DNA of 57,818 bases from Candidatus Gallimonas gallistercoris (lineage in GTDB: Bacteria > Bacillota > Clostridia > Christensenellales > Borkfalkiaceae). Location of the stretch: the NCBI GenBank assembly GCA_019117085.1, contig DXAJ01000034.1, forward strand, positions 1-57,818, written 5' to 3'. Both the position numbers and the translations under genes were made by a program. Positions 25,964 to 35,950 of the stretch are shown piece by piece. The notes beneath the pieces were generated by a model. It saw only the letters and a program-made list of their open reading frames with translations. It did not search any database and was not told the DNA's origin. The first letter of the stretch is position 1. The number at the start of each line of letters is the position of its first letter.

Positions 25964-26401
25964 TTATTTGTGGTATTCCGAATTACTCAATATCATAAAC
26001 GCACGGTAGAGCTGTTCCAAGAGGATGACGCGCATCATCTGATGCGGGAACGTCATGGCGGAAAAGGAAAGAAGCTCTTTGGAAGCCGCCTTCACCTCGG
26101 GCGCGAGGCCGCAAGAAGAGCCGATAAGAAGGGTCAGCTCCTCCCCCTTATCGCGCACGGCGGCGATTTCTTGCGCAAACGCTTCGGAAGAACAGCCCTT
26201 CCCCTCCACCGCGAGCGCGACGATGTGCCCCTTTGCGGCGCGCAGAATGTCGGAAGCTTCCTCTGAAAGAGTGGCGCGTTCGGGAAGTTCGCGGATGTCG
26301 AGCGCGCAGAAGCGGGAAAGGCGCTTGCTGTATTCTGCGACCGCCTCCCGCCAATAGCTTTCTTTGAGTTTTCCGACGCAGATAACATGCACTTTAAACA
26401 T
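25964..26401 (-). CDS. rlmH: 23S rRNA (pseudouridine1915-N3)-methyltransferase
   Basis: MFKVHVICVGKLKE.YW..A..EY.KRL, ending ...TFPHQMMRVILLEQLYRAF. Start moved to ATG 26401. Confidence 0.9.
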   Translation of the reverse strand: MFKVHVICVGKLKESYWREAVAEYSKRLSRFCALDIRELPERATLSEEASDILRAAKGHIVALAVEGKGCSSEAFAQEIAAVRDKGEELTLLIGSSCGLAPEVKAASKELLSFSAMTFPHQMMRVILLEQLYRAFMILSNSEYHK

Positions 26402-27317
26402 TGGCAAACCCCAAAAGCAGCATGCTCGCCCACTGCACGGCGCAGATGACGAGCCCCACCGCCGCCGCGAGGAAGAAGACGCCCGCGCGCGGCGCTCCGC
26501 CCTTGCGGTCTGTCTTTTTATCGAAGAAGATGAGGAAGACGAGCGAGCCCGCAAGGAAGACGGCGCCGACGGCGATGAGGACGATGCCGACCGTGCCCGA
26601 GAACGACTCGAACCCCAGCGCCGACAGAACGAGGATGAGCGCGTTGTTCAGAAAGTGCGAAAGGACGGTGGGCAGGACGCTCCCCGAGCGCACGGCGATG
26701 AGCGCGAAACAGCAGCCGCAGAGAAATTGATAGACGGTCTGTTCGGGCCGCCCGTGGAAGAGGGAGAACATCGCGCCCGAGACAAGGATGGTAACCCAGG
26801 TGCCCCAGCCCGCCCCGTGCATGTTGCGCGCGAGGATGCCGCGGAAGAGCGTCTCTTCGAAAATGGCGGGAAGCAGGGCGACGACAAAGAGCGAGAGCGC
26901 AAGCCAGCCCCCTTCGAGGGGCGGGAGCGGGGACTCGGAAGAGGTGTAGCCCAATTTTTCCAGCCAACCGATGAAGAGCGTGTTGAGCTCTCCCAACGAA
27001 AAGAGGAGCCCGAGCTGCATGAAAAGGGCGATGAGATAGTAATGCCATTTCGCGCCGCGATACATCTCGGGAAAGGGATGGCGGGCGCGGCGGAAGTAGA
27101 CCGCCGCCGAGAGCGCAAAGCACAGCTGCGGCAGAAAATAGGCAAGATAGCGGTACCAGACGGCATTCTGCGCGCCCTCCCCCATCGCCGTGACGAGGAC
27201 GGAGAGGACGAGGGAGACAAGGACAGGCAGGAGCGCCGCCAAAGAAAATGCAATGCCCGATTCTTTCAGCCTGTCGGCAGGCGGAAGGACGGCAACGGTT
27301 TCAGAAACTTCGTTCAT
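26394..27317 (-). CDS. CPBP-family intramembrane metalloprotease
   Basis: EETLFRG motif 1, FSLFHG motif 2, SHFLNN motif 3, multi-TM. There is an 8-nt overlap (ATGTTTAA) with rlmH. Confidence 0.8.
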   Translation of the reverse strand: MNEVSETVAVLPPADRLKESGIAFSLAALLPVLVSLVLSVLVTAMGEGAQNAVWYRYLAYFLPQLCFALSAAVYFRRARHPFPEMYRGAKWHYYLIALFMQLGLLFSLGELNTLFIGWLEKLGYTSSESPLPPLEGGWLALSLFVVALLPAIFEETLFRGILARNMHGAGWGTWVTILVSGAMFSLFHGRPEQTVYQFLCGCCFALIAVRSGSVLPTVLSHFLNNALILVLSALGFESFSGTVGIVLIAVGAVFLAGSLVFLIFFDKKTDRKGGAPRAGVFFLAAAVGLVICAVQWASMLLLGFANV

Positions 27318-27371
27318 AGCGCTATCTTAACATTTTTTTCGGAAAAAGCCAAGCCGATACGGGGAAAAACA

Positions 27372-27399
27372 TTGCTTTTTCACAAAAAGACGATATAAT
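27372..27399 (+). promoter_or_regulatory. Sigma-70-like promoter for the fumarase genes
   Basis: TTGCTT, 16-nt spacer, TATAAT. Confidence 0.45.
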
Positions 27400-27431
27400 G
27401 AGGGAAAGACTACATTTTACGGGAATATTTC

Positions 27432-28268
27432 ATGAGGATCATCGACACCAAAGAGATCGAAGAACGCGTCTATAAAATGGCGCGGCGGGCGGGGCTTACC
27501 CTGACGGACAGCTGCCGCGCGGCATTAAATAGCGCCAAAGAGCGCGAGACGGTGGCGGCGGAGTTTGCCCTCTCCGCGCTCTTGGAAAACGAAAAGACTG
27601 CCAAGCGGGAACAGATGCCCGTCTGCCAGGATACGGGCATGGCGGTCGTCCTTATATCGCTCGGCCAAGAGGTGCAGCTTGTGGGCGCACCCTTGAAAGA
27701 CGCCGTCAACGAGGGCGTGCGGCGCGCCTATGAGGACGGGAAGTTCCGAAAGAGCATCTGCGACCCTTTAACGCGCGTCAACACGGGCGACAATACCCCC
27801 GCGCACCTGCATGTGGAGATCGAAGAAGGAGACAAGGCAGAGATCACCTATCTTCCCAAGGGATTCGGAAGCGAAAATATGAGCAGGCTCTATATGCTCA
27901 CCCCCGCCGAAGGGCGCGAGGGCATTGTAAACGCCATCGTGGAGACGGTGCGAAAAGCGGGTTCCCGCCCCTGCCCGCCCGTATATGTGGGCGTGGGCAT
28001 CGGCGGGTGCTTCGATTCGTGCGCCTTCCTTGCAAAAAAGGCGCTCACCCGCGACGTGGGGAGCCGCAATCCCCGCGAAGACGTTGCCTCCATCGAGGAA
28101 GAGGCGCTTCAACGCATCAACGAGCTCGATATCGGACCGCAGGGCTTCGGCGGGAAGACGACCGCCATCGGCGTGAGCTGCGAACTTGCCCCGACGCACA
28201 TTGCGGGGCTCCCCGTTGCCGTCAACATCCAGTGCCACTGCGTGCGCTGTGAAAAGGAGGTGCTGTGA
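27432..28268 (+). CDS. Class I (Fe-S) fumarate hydratase, alpha subunit
   Basis: 278 aa; PVCQDTGMAVV, GFGSENMS, PPVYVGVGIGG motifs. Confidence 0.85.
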   Translation: MRIIDTKEIEERVYKMARRAGLTLTDSCRAALNSAKERETVAAEFALSALLENEKTAKREQMPVCQDTGMAVVLISLGQEVQLVGAPLKDAVNEGVRRAYEDGKFRKSICDPLTRVNTGDNTPAHLHVEIEEGDKAEITYLPKGFGSENMSRLYMLTPAEGREGIVNAIVETVRKAGSRPCPPVYVGVGIGGCFDSCAFLAKKALTRDVGSRNPREDVASIEEEALQRINELDIGPQGFGGKTTAIGVSCELAPTHIAGLPVAVNIQCHCVRCEKEVL

Positions 28269-28792
28269 TGAAGCGCATCACCCTGCCCATGACCAAAGAG
28301 CAAAGAGAGAGCTTGCGCGCGGGAGACAGCGTGCTTCTTTCGGGCACCATCTACACGGCGCGGGACTGCGCGCACAAACGCATCTTTGCGCTCCTCGACG
28401 AGGGGAAAGAGCTCCCCTTCCCTCTTCAAGGCGCTTTCATCTACTATGCGGGCCCCTGCCCCGCGCCCGAAGGAAAGGTGTGCGGCAGCTGCGGGCCGAC
28501 GACTTCCGCCCGCATGAATTCGTTTGCACCGCGCCTTCTCGATCTCGGGCTTCAAGGCATGATCGGCAAAGGCGAGATGAGCGAGGAAGTGCGCGCGGCA
28601 TTGAAGCGCAATAAGGCGGTGTACTTTGCCGCCATCGGCGGGGCGGGCGCGACATACGGGAACGCCGTCAAACGCGCGGAGTGCGTCGCTTTCCCCGATC
28701 TTCTGAGCGAAGCGGTGCACAAGATGGAAGTGGAAGAATTTCCCCTCGTCGTCGCCATCGACAGCGAGGGCGGGAGCATCTATGACCGCTGA
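28265..28792 (+). CDS. Class I fumarate hydratase, beta subunit
   Basis: 175 aa; GD.VLLSG.IYTARD.AHKR, GP.TSARM, GKG motifs. 4-nt overlap with the alpha subunit gene. Confidence 0.85.
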   Translation: MMKRITLPMTKEQRESLRAGDSVLLSGTIYTARDCAHKRIFALLDEGKELPFPLQGAFIYYAGPCPAPEGKVCGSCGPTTSARMNSFAPRLLDLGLQGMIGKGEMSEEVRAALKRNKAVYFAAIGGAGATYGNAVKRAECVAFPDLLSEAVHKMEVEEFPLVVAIDSEGGSIYDR

Positions 28793-29684
28793 GCGCCTTG
28801 ACAGCCTTTCGAGGCGGCAACGCGCCCTCGTCAAACGGAAAACGCGGGGCGGGGCGTTCGCGCTTGCCTTTTTTGCGGTGTTTCTTTGCGTGCTCCTTTC
28901 CGTCGTCATCGGGATGGGGCTTGCGATGGCGGTCGTGGAAAATTCGGCGCGGTTCGTGCCCTCGTATGAAAAGCTCGACCTTACCCCCTATCTGGAAAAA
29001 GAGACGCTTTCCGAGGAAGATTACGAGCTTCTTTATCATCAGACGGGGCTGACGCGGCTCGGGGTTGACGCGCTCGAAGACAGGAGCGAACTTTTGGACT
29101 ATCAGGAGAATTTCTTCTTTGAGGGCGTGAAGACGCACGAGATGGCAGCCGAAACGACGCCCCGCTGCGTGCTCCAAACGGAGGAGGGAACGGGCTTTTA
29201 TGCGAAGGTCGTTCCTTTGCAGGAGGGCGACATCCTTGTGACTTCCACCTGTCATACCTTCGGCTGGCGCAACGGGCATGCCGCCATCGTCGTGGACGCA
29301 GAGAGCCGCCGCGTGCTCGAAGCCACCGGTCCCGGGAGCAAGAGTTCGCTCGGCACGGTGAATTGGTTCGCGCACGGGGCGAACTTCTTGGTGCTGCGCT
29401 TAAAAGACGCGAGCCGGGAAGAGCGGAAAGAGATCGCTTCCTGGGCAGGGAACAACCTGCGCGGCATCGAATATTCGCTGTTCACAGGGTTTTTCAACGC
29501 CAAAGATCAGAGCAGCGCCCCCGAGACGACGCATTGCAGCCACCTTGTATGGCAGGCGTTCAAGCGCTTCGGCTACGACATCGATTCGGACGGCGGACCG
29601 CTCGTCACCTGCAACGACATTGCGCGGAGCGAGCTTCTGGAAGTCGTGCAGGTGTACGGCTTCGACCCCGACGCGCTGTGGTGA
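28782..29684 (+). CDS. Membrane-anchored protein with a possible permuted papain-like (YiiX/C92, NlpC/P60 superfamily) domain
   Basis: One N-terminal TM. GDILVT...GHAAIVV (His) precedes THCSHLVWQAF (Cys), the order expected for permuted NlpC/P60 amidases. Assignment made by eye only. Confidence 0.4.
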   Translation: MTAERLDSLSRRQRALVKRKTRGGAFALAFFAVFLCVLLSVVIGMGLAMAVVENSARFVPSYEKLDLTPYLEKETLSEEDYELLYHQTGLTRLGVDALEDRSELLDYQENFFFEGVKTHEMAAETTPRCVLQTEEGTGFYAKVVPLQEGDILVTSTCHTFGWRNGHAAIVVDAESRRVLEATGPGSKSSLGTVNWFAHGANFLVLRLKDASREERKEIASWAGNNLRGIEYSLFTGFFNAKDQSSAPETTHCSHLVWQAFKRFGYDIDSDGGPLVTCNDIARSELLEVVQVYGFDPDALW

Positions 29685-29744
29685 GGAAAATGGATATCGA
29701 TGAGGCGATAAAAGACGATAAAAGGCGATAAGAGAAAGCACCCG

Positions 29745-30312
29745 CGCAAGTTTGCGCGGGGCGCCGTGTATTTGAGGATGAAACAACCCTTCCGTCTTGC
29801 CTTCGGCAAGACACCTCCCATTACACAGGGGAGGCTAAATTAAGAAATTTCATCAAATTCAAGAAAGCATTTGCTCGCCCTTACACAGGGGAGGCTATCG
29901 TGAGGATGACTCCTTCCGCCCCTACGGGGCACCTCCCTCAGAGAGGGAGGCAAGGGGAATTACGAAACTCCGGCAATTACTCCCTCAGTCTTGCCGCCTC
30001 GGTAAACCTTCGGACGGCAAGCCAGCGTCTCGCGCGGTAGAGCCCGCGCTCTCGTCGCCGCAAAGCCAGCGTGTCCGCCGCTGCGTTCCTCGCGGCTTGA
30101 CCGCTCGGCTTGCGTCTCCTCTTCCCACGCATCTGCTTCGCATCTGCACGGGAGCCCTATATCGGCGCGCACAATGCGCCATTTCCAAGTTCGCAGGCGG
30201 TCAAAGCCACACCGTGGCTTTGCCAAGAAAGCACTTGCTCACCCCTCAACCTCACCCCAAAAAATACTACGTCTTTTTTGGGGACCCCGGGGAGGCGCCT
30301 AAAATAATGTGG
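29745..30312. repeat. Largest mosaic of dispersed hairpin modules; the 3' part (30163-30309) is the conserved ~145-bp block
   Basis: CTTGCC-ttcg-GCAAG, two CCTCCC(A/C)TTACACAGGGGAGG-type hairpins, CCTCCCTC-aga-GAGGGAGG, a degenerate module A at 29977, GCGCGG-tagag-CCGCGC, GTCAAAGCCAC-acc-GTGGCTTTG, and CCCCAAAAAA...TTTTTTGGGG. Confidence 0.9.
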
Positions 30313-31422
30313 TCAGCGGATGTAGTCGGAGAGGATCTGGTTCTGGACGTAGAGATATTCGTCTTTGATGCGGGTGATGTCCCCTTCCTCCGCGAAATAC
30401 TGTTTGGTCTTGCGGTAGGCTTCCGAAAAATCATCCTTCCAATCGCTGCCGAAGGCGTCTTTGTATTCTTTGGACGAGATGCCGCGCGACGTGCGGAGCG
30501 CGAGCATGACGAATTCGAACTTCGCCTCCTCCCCCTTCACCTCTTCGTCGGTGAGGATGGGGAAGAAACCCGAGAGGATGCACTTCATATATTCGTCAAG
30601 ATCGAAGGTGTTGGTGAAGCGGTGGCCGTTCAAAAAGGAGCTTGCGGAGACGCCCATGCCGATGTATTCCCCCCGCTTCCAATAGTTGAGGTTGTGGCGG
30701 CTCTCGAAGCCCGGTTTTGCGAAGTTGCTCACCTCGTAGCGCAGATACCCGTGCTTTTTCAAGAGAGTGACGCCGAAATCATACATTTCGCGCACTTCGT
30801 CGCCGTCGGGAAGCTCGCCGTTGAGATAATCGGTATAGATGGGGGTGCCGTCCTCGGGCGTGAGGGCGTACATGGAGACGTGCTTTGCGCCGCTCGCCGC
30901 GACGAGCTCGATGGTCTTGCGGATGTCCTCCTTCGTCTGCCCCTTGAGCCCGAGCATGACGTCGGCGGAAAAGTTGCGCCCCTTCAAAAGCGAGGTGCAG
31001 TATAAATAGTCGCGCACGTTGTGGATGCGGCCGATCTCTTGAAGTTGCTCGTCGATGGCGGTCTGCAGCCCGATCGAGAAGCGGTCGATGCCCGCGCGGA
31101 GGTACGTTTCGATCTTTTTTTCGCTGACCGTGCCGGGGTTCATTTCGATGGTGACTTCGGGGTCCTTTGCAAGATGAAAGCACTTCGTGACCTGGTTCAT
31201 CGCGCCGTAGATGTAATTCGGGTCGATGAAGGAGGGCGTGCCGCCGCCGAAATAGACGGTATCGAACGTTTTCTCTTTGAGTTTTTCGCCCCACATCTCG
31301 ATCTCCTTGATGAGGCACGCCATGTACGCTTCGGCGTATTCGGAGCGGCCCGCGAAGGAAGTGAAATCGCAGTAGGTGCACTTGTGTTTGCAGAATGGGA
31401 TATGCAGATAGATGCCTGCCAT
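30313..31422 (-). CDS. hemW: Radical SAM heme chaperone HemW (HemN-like, oxygen-independent coproporphyrinogen oxidase family)
   Basis: LHIPFCKHKCTYCDF cluster motif, GGGTPS, 369 aa with the HemN C-terminal domain. Confidence 0.88.
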   Translation of the reverse strand: MAGIYLHIPFCKHKCTYCDFTSFAGRSEYAEAYMACLIKEIEMWGEKLKEKTFDTVYFGGGTPSFIDPNYIYGAMNQVTKCFHLAKDPEVTIEMNPGTVSEKKIETYLRAGIDRFSIGLQTAIDEQLQEIGRIHNVRDYLYCTSLLKGRNFSADVMLGLKGQTKEDIRKTIELVAASGAKHVSMYALTPEDGTPIYTDYLNGELPDGDEVREMYDFGVTLLKKHGYLRYEVSNFAKPGFESRHNLNYWKRGEYIGMGVSASSFLNGHRFTNTFDLDEYMKCILSGFFPILTDEEVKGEEAKFEFVMLALRTSRGISSKEYKDAFGSDWKDDFSEAYRKTKQYFAEEGDITRIKDEYLYVQNQILSDYIR

Positions 31423-31737
31423 TTAAGGCCTCCAAAGAAATTGGTCGAGATCGACGTATAAGAGCCCGTCCCGCTCGAAAGAGGGAACGCCTTCCGAAAG
31501 AAGAAGGTCTGCCTGCACCCGCTGGCCGCCGAATGCGAAGGCGGGCGCGAGCCGCCCTTCCCGATTGACGACGCGGTGGCAGGGAATTTCGCCCGGACGC
31601 GGGTTGCGGTGAAGGGCGCTCCCCACCTGCCTTGCGGCGCGGGGATGGCCGATCGCAAGGGCGATCATCCCGTAGGTGACGACGCACCCCTTCGGCACGG
31701 TGAGAAGATAGGAATAGACGGCTTCGTCGAAGGTCAT
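31423..31737 (-). CDS. MGMT-family single-domain protein (O6-alkylguanine-DNA alkyltransferase DNA-binding/active-site domain)
   Basis: VP.G.V.TYG.IA...G.P.AARQVG.AL..NP....IPCHRVV, with the PCHR active-site cysteine present. Start moved to MTFDE (31737, GGAGGA RBS). Confidence 0.75.
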   Translation of the reverse strand: MTFDEAVYSYLLTVPKGCVVTYGMIALAIGHPRAARQVGSALHRNPRPGEIPCHRVVNREGRLAPAFAFGGQRVQADLLLSEGVPSFERDGLLYVDLDQFLWRP

Positions 31738-32288
31738 AATTCCTCCCAAATGTGCGCGGGAAGCGCCGAGAGCGGACGCGGGAACGAGGCAGCGCATGCG
31801 GGGGCGTTCACCTCTTTTCCCAGCCAGATCAAAGACATCCAGCGGCCCTGCTTAAAGAGCGCTTCGGGAAACTCCGCGGCGATATGATAGCCCGCCCGCT
31901 TGTGGAAGGCGACGCTCGCCCCGTTCTCCCCCGTGACGAGGGCATAGATGCGGCGGTAACCGAGCTCCTTTGCGATGCGGGCACATGCCCCTTCGAGCTT
32001 GCTGCCGATGCCGCCGCCGCGTGCGTCCCTGCGGACATAGACGGAGAGATCGCAGTCCCACGAAAAGGCGCGGCGCTCAAAGGCGGGCGCAAGATAAGCG
32101 TACCCCAAGACTTCCCCTTCTTTCTCATAGACGAGGACGGGGAATCTACTTCCGATGGCCTCCATGCGTGCCGCGAACGTTGCGGGCGAGGGCGCAAAGT
32201 ATTCGGCGGAGACCGTCGTGTGCTCCACATAGGGAGCATAAATTTGCAGCATGGCGGGATAATCCCGAAAAGTTGCTCGGCGTAACAT
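31734..32288 (-). CDS. GNAT-family N-acetyltransferase (phosphinothricin-acetyltransferase-like)
   Basis: R.DARGGGIGSKL...A.ELGYRRIYALV...N..SVAFH...GY acetyl-CoA fold. Start moved to MLRRATF (32288). ATGA overlap with the MGMT-like gene. Confidence 0.8.
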   Translation of the reverse strand: MLRRATFRDYPAMLQIYAPYVEHTTVSAEYFAPSPATFAARMEAIGSRFPVLVYEKEGEVLGYAYLAPAFERRAFSWDCDLSVYVRRDARGGGIGSKLEGACARIAKELGYRRIYALVTGENGASVAFHKRAGYHIAAEFPEALFKQGRWMSLIWLGKEVNAPACAASFPRPLSALPAHIWEEL

Positions 32289-32299
32289 AGGCGTGATGA

Positions 32300-32705
32300 A
32301 TTGCAGTCGGGGGCGAGAAGTTACTCCCCCGCTTTTTTGTTTACTCTTTTTTACTCCCTCAGCGAGGGCGACAAGGAGAAAGACGGGCGAAATCAACAAC
32401 CCTTCCGTCACGGCACCGAAGCAAGCTTCGGATGCCGCGCCACCGTCTCGCGCGGTAGAGCCCGCGCGAGAAAAGCAGGCGTAAAAAGCGCAGCGGTTGC
32501 CGTCAGGCGATCGCTCGCATATGCGCCTTGCGGCGACGCAGGAGGCAAGGGGGATGCGGTTGCGGCGACGAGGAGGCTAAGGAGAAAAAGCGGAAAGGAG
32601 ATGCGAGCAAGACGAGGAGCGCGAGGAAAACCTGAAGGAGCTTACTATGCGTAAGTGACTGAAGGTTGCCGCAGCGCGACAAAGTATTGCGACGCAGATG
32701 CTTTG
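32300..32705. repeat. Mosaic of dispersed repeat modules between lepA and the GNAT gene
   Basis: AACAACCCTTCCGTC + CACGGCACCGAAGC-aagc-TTCGGATGCCGCG + CACCGTCTCGCGCGGTAGAGCCCGCGC. The 32640-32700 segment is about 75% similar to 50826-50900. Confidence 0.8.
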
Positions 32706-32710
32706 CGCGT

Positions 32711-34522
32711 TTATTTATCTTTGTTTGTTTTGAGGATCTCCATGAACACTTCGGAGGGGACTTCCACGGTGCCGATCTTGCGCATGCGCTTCTTGCCCTC
32801 TTTCTGCTTTTCGAGGAGCTTCTTCTTGCGCGTGATGTCGCCGCCGTAACACTTGGCGAGGACGTCCTTTCTGACCGCCTTCACCGTCTCGCGGGCGATG
32901 ATCTTGCCCCCCACCGCCGCCTGTACGGGAATTTCAAAGAGCTGGCGCGGGATGGCGTCCTTCAAGTTTTCGCACAGCGTTCTGCCGCGCGTATATGCCC
33001 TGTCTTCATGCACGATGATGGAGAGCGCATCACAAATTTCGCCGTTCAAGAGGATGTCGAGGCGGACGAGCTTGCTCTTTTCGTACCCCACGATCTCGTA
33101 ATCGAAGCTCGCGTACCCTTTGGTGCGGGACTTTAATTCGTCGAAGAAGTCGTAGACGATCTCGTTGAGGGGCAGGCGGTATTCGAGCTTGACGCGGCGG
33201 GGATCGAGATAGGTCATATCCTTGAAGACGCCGCGCTTATCCTGGCACAAGTCCATGATGGCGCCCAAGTAATCGGGCGGGGAATACACTTCCGCCTTGA
33301 CGATGGGCTCTTCCATGAACTCGATCTCGGAGACGGGCGGAAGGTGCGAAGGGTTATCGACGAAGAATTCGGTGCCGTCCGTCTTGTGGACGCGGTAGGA
33401 GACGGAGGGCGCCGTCGTGATGATGTCGAGGTTGAACTCGCGTTCGATACGCTCCTGGATGATCTCCATGTGCAGAAGCCCCAAAAAGCCGCAGCGGAAG
33501 CCGAAGCCAAGCGCCACCGAATTATCGGGCTCGAAGGTGAGCGAAGCGTCGTTGAGCTTGAGCTTTAAGATCGCCTCTTTGAGGTCCAAAAATTTGCTGC
33601 CGTCGAGGGGATAGATGCCGCAAAAGACGACGGGCTGCACCTTTTTGTAGCCGGGGAGCGGTTGGGGCGCGGGACGGTCGGCAAACGTCACCGTATCGCC
33701 GACGGCAACGTCCTCGATGGACTTGATGGAAGCGGCGATATAGCCGACCTCCCCCGCCGCAAGCCGTTCTTTGGGCTGTAAGTGCGGCGCGAACGCCCCC
33801 ACTTCGGTGACGTCGTACACCTTATCCGAATTGAAAGACTTGATCTTATCCCCCACCTTGCAGGTGCCGTCTTTGAGGCGGACGAAGAGGATGACGCCCT
33901 TGTAGTTATCGTAATAGCTGTCGAAGACGAGCGCCTTCAAAGGGGCTTCGGTATCGCCAGAGGGGGGCGGCACTTGTTTGACAACAGCTTCCAAAATGTC
34001 GCGGATGTTGGTGCCTTCCTTCGCGGAGACGCAGGGGCAGTTTTCGGCGTCTAGCCCGATGACGTCCTCGATCTCCTTCCTGCACTCGTCGATACGGGCG
34101 GATTGCAAGTCGATCTTGTTGATGACGGGAACGATCTCGAGATCGTTTTCGAGCGCCAAATAGACGTTTGCGAGCGTCTGCGCCTCCACGCCCTGCGTCG
34201 CGTCGACGACGAGGATCGCCCCCTCGCACGCGGCGAGCGAGCGGCTGACTTCGTAAGTAAAGTCGACGTGGCCGGGGGTATCGATAAGATTGAGCTCGTA
34301 CTCCTCGCCGTCGAGGGCGGTATAGTACATCCTCACGGGCGTGAGCTTGATGGTGATGCCGCGCTCGCGCTCGATGTCCATGCTGTCGAGGAGCTGTTCT
34401 TCCATGTCGCGCTTGCTCACCTGCCCGGTGAGCTCCATGATGCGGTCGGCAATGGTCGATTTGCCGTGGTCGATGTGGGCGATGATGCAGAAATTGCGTA
34501 AATTGCGGTTGGGTGATGCCAT
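32711..34522 (-). CDS. lepA: Translation elongation factor 4
   Basis: [26 protein letters not shown], and a LepA-specific C-terminal domain; 603 aa. Confidence 0.97.
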   Translation of the reverse strand: MASPNRNLRNFCIIAHIDHGKSTIADRIMELTGQVSKRDMEEQLLDSMDIERERGITIKLTPVRMYYTALDGEEYELNLIDTPGHVDFTYEVSRSLAACEGAILVVDATQGVEAQTLANVYLALENDLEIVPVINKIDLQSARIDECRKEIEDVIGLDAENCPCVSAKEGTNIRDILEAVVKQVPPPSGDTEAPLKALVFDSYYDNYKGVILFVRLKDGTCKVGDKIKSFNSDKVYDVTEVGAFAPHLQPKERLAAGEVGYIAASIKSIEDVAVGDTVTFADRPAPQPLPGYKKVQPVVFCGIYPLDGSKFLDLKEAILKLKLNDASLTFEPDNSVALGFGFRCGFLGLLHMEIIQERIEREFNLDIITTAPSVSYRVHKTDGTEFFVDNPSHLPPVSEIEFMEEPIVKAEVYSPPDYLGAIMDLCQDKRGVFKDMTYLDPRRVKLEYRLPLNEIVYDFFDELKSRTKGYASFDYEIVGYEKSKLVRLDILLNGEICDALSIIVHEDRAYTRGRTLCENLKDAIPRQLFEIPVQAAVGGKIIARETVKAVRKDVLAKCYGGDITRKKKLLEKQKEGKKRMRKIGTVEVPSEVFMEILKTNKDK

Positions 34523-34648
34523 AGGTGTTCCTTCTGTTTCTTCCCTGTTATTATAACGATTTTACTGCGGTTTTGCAAGTGCAATCGGCGGGAATGCGGG
34601 AAAAATTGCGAAGGAGGGGCGGCGGCTCCCCCATTTTGTTGACTTTCC

Positions 34649-34678
34649 CGCAAAAAGAACGTATAATAATACCGTTCG
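34649..34678 (+). promoter_or_regulatory. Sigma-70-like promoter for ilvA-ridA
   Basis: TTGACT, 18-nt spacer, TATAAT. The leader contains the perfect 12-bp palindrome TTATGCGCATAA (34697-34708). Confidence 0.5.
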
Positions 34679-34753
34679 ACACGAATTTACGCAGTTTTAT
34701 GCGCATAAGCGCGCAAGTCCCGACCGTGCGGCGGGCGGCGCAAGGGCAACGGT

Positions 34754-35950
34754 ATGCTTACACTCGATAAAGTTAAAGACGCACAGCGCGTCCTCCATGA
34801 GGCGGCACTTACTACCGCCGTCATCCGCGCGAGCATCCCCTCGGAGGCAAAGATCTACCTCAAGACGGAGAACTTGCAGCGGACGGGTTCCTTCAAGCTG
34901 AGGGGCGCGTACTATAAAATTTCGCAGCTCTCCGACGAGGCGAAGTCGCACGGCGTCATCGCCTGCTCGGCGGGCAACCACGCGCAGGGCGTGGCGCTTG
35001 CGGCGCAGAAGAACCGTATCCCCGCCGTCATCTGCCTGCCCGAGGGCGCGCCCATCTCCAAAGTGGAGGCGACGCGCTCGTACGGGGCGGAGATCTGCCT
35101 CGTGCCCGGCGTCTATGACGACGCTTACAACCGCGCGCTCGAACTTCAAAAGGAGCACAACTACACCTTCATCCACCCCTTCGACGACGAGGACGTCATC
35201 GCGGGCCAGGGGACCATCGGCCTTGAAATTTTGCAGCAGCTGCCCGACGTGGACGCCATCGTGGTGCCCATCGGCGGAGGCGGGCTCATCGCGGGCGTGG
35301 CATTTGCCGTCAAGAGCATCAACCCGCGCGTGAAAATTTACGGCGTTCAGGCGGCGGGCGCGCCCTCTATGGCAAATTCGCTGCACGACGGCGCCATCGA
35401 GACGCTCCCCTCCGTCTCGACCATTGCAGACGGCATCGCGGTGAAACAGCCCGGGCACCTCACCTTTGAGCTGTGCAGGGAATATGTGGACGACGTCATC
35501 ACCGTGACGGACGACGAGATCGCCGCCGCCATTCTGACGCTCATCGAAAAGCAGAAGATGATCGCGGAGGGCGCGGGCGCGACGCCCCTTGCCGCCGTGA
35601 TGGCGGGGAAGCTCCCCCACCTTGCGGGCAAGAAGGTGTGCTGCCTCATTTCGGGCGGCAACATCGACGTCACCATTTTGAGCCGCGTCATCCAGAGAGG
35701 CCTGCTGATGACGGGCAGGATGTGCACGCTCAACATCGAACTTCTGGATAAACCGGGGCAGCTCGTCGCCGTTTCCGAGATCATCGCAAGATGCGGGGCG
35801 AACGTCGTCGGCGTCCACCACGAGCACGCGCACGCGGGCAGCGACGTCATCGGCTGTTCCCTTCGCATCGACATGGAGACCAAGGACTTCGAGCACATCG
35901 CGCTTATCCGCAAGGAGCTCGAGGACGCGGGGTTCAAGATCATCGAATAA
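34754..35950 (+). CDS. ilvA: Threonine ammonia-lyase (PLP-dependent, with C-terminal ACT-like domain)
   Basis: PLP-lysine motif NLQRTGSFKLRGA, SAGNHAQG, GGGGLI.G, 398 aa. Confidence 0.92.
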   Translation: MLTLDKVKDAQRVLHEAALTTAVIRASIPSEAKIYLKTENLQRTGSFKLRGAYYKISQLSDEAKSHGVIACSAGNHAQGVALAAQKNRIPAVICLPEGAPISKVEATRSYGAEICLVPGVYDDAYNRALELQKEHNYTFIHPFDDEDVIAGQGTIGLEILQQLPDVDAIVVPIGGGGLIAGVAFAVKSINPRVKIYGVQAAGAPSMANSLHDGAIETLPSVSTIADGIAVKQPGHLTFELCREYVDDVITVTDDEIAAAILTLIEKQKMIAEGAGATPLAAVMAGKLPHLAGKKVCCLISGGNIDVTILSRVIQRGLLMTGRMCTLNIELLDKPGQLVAVSEIIARCGANVVGVHHEHAHAGSDVIGCSLRIDMETKDFEHIALIRKELEDAGFKIIE

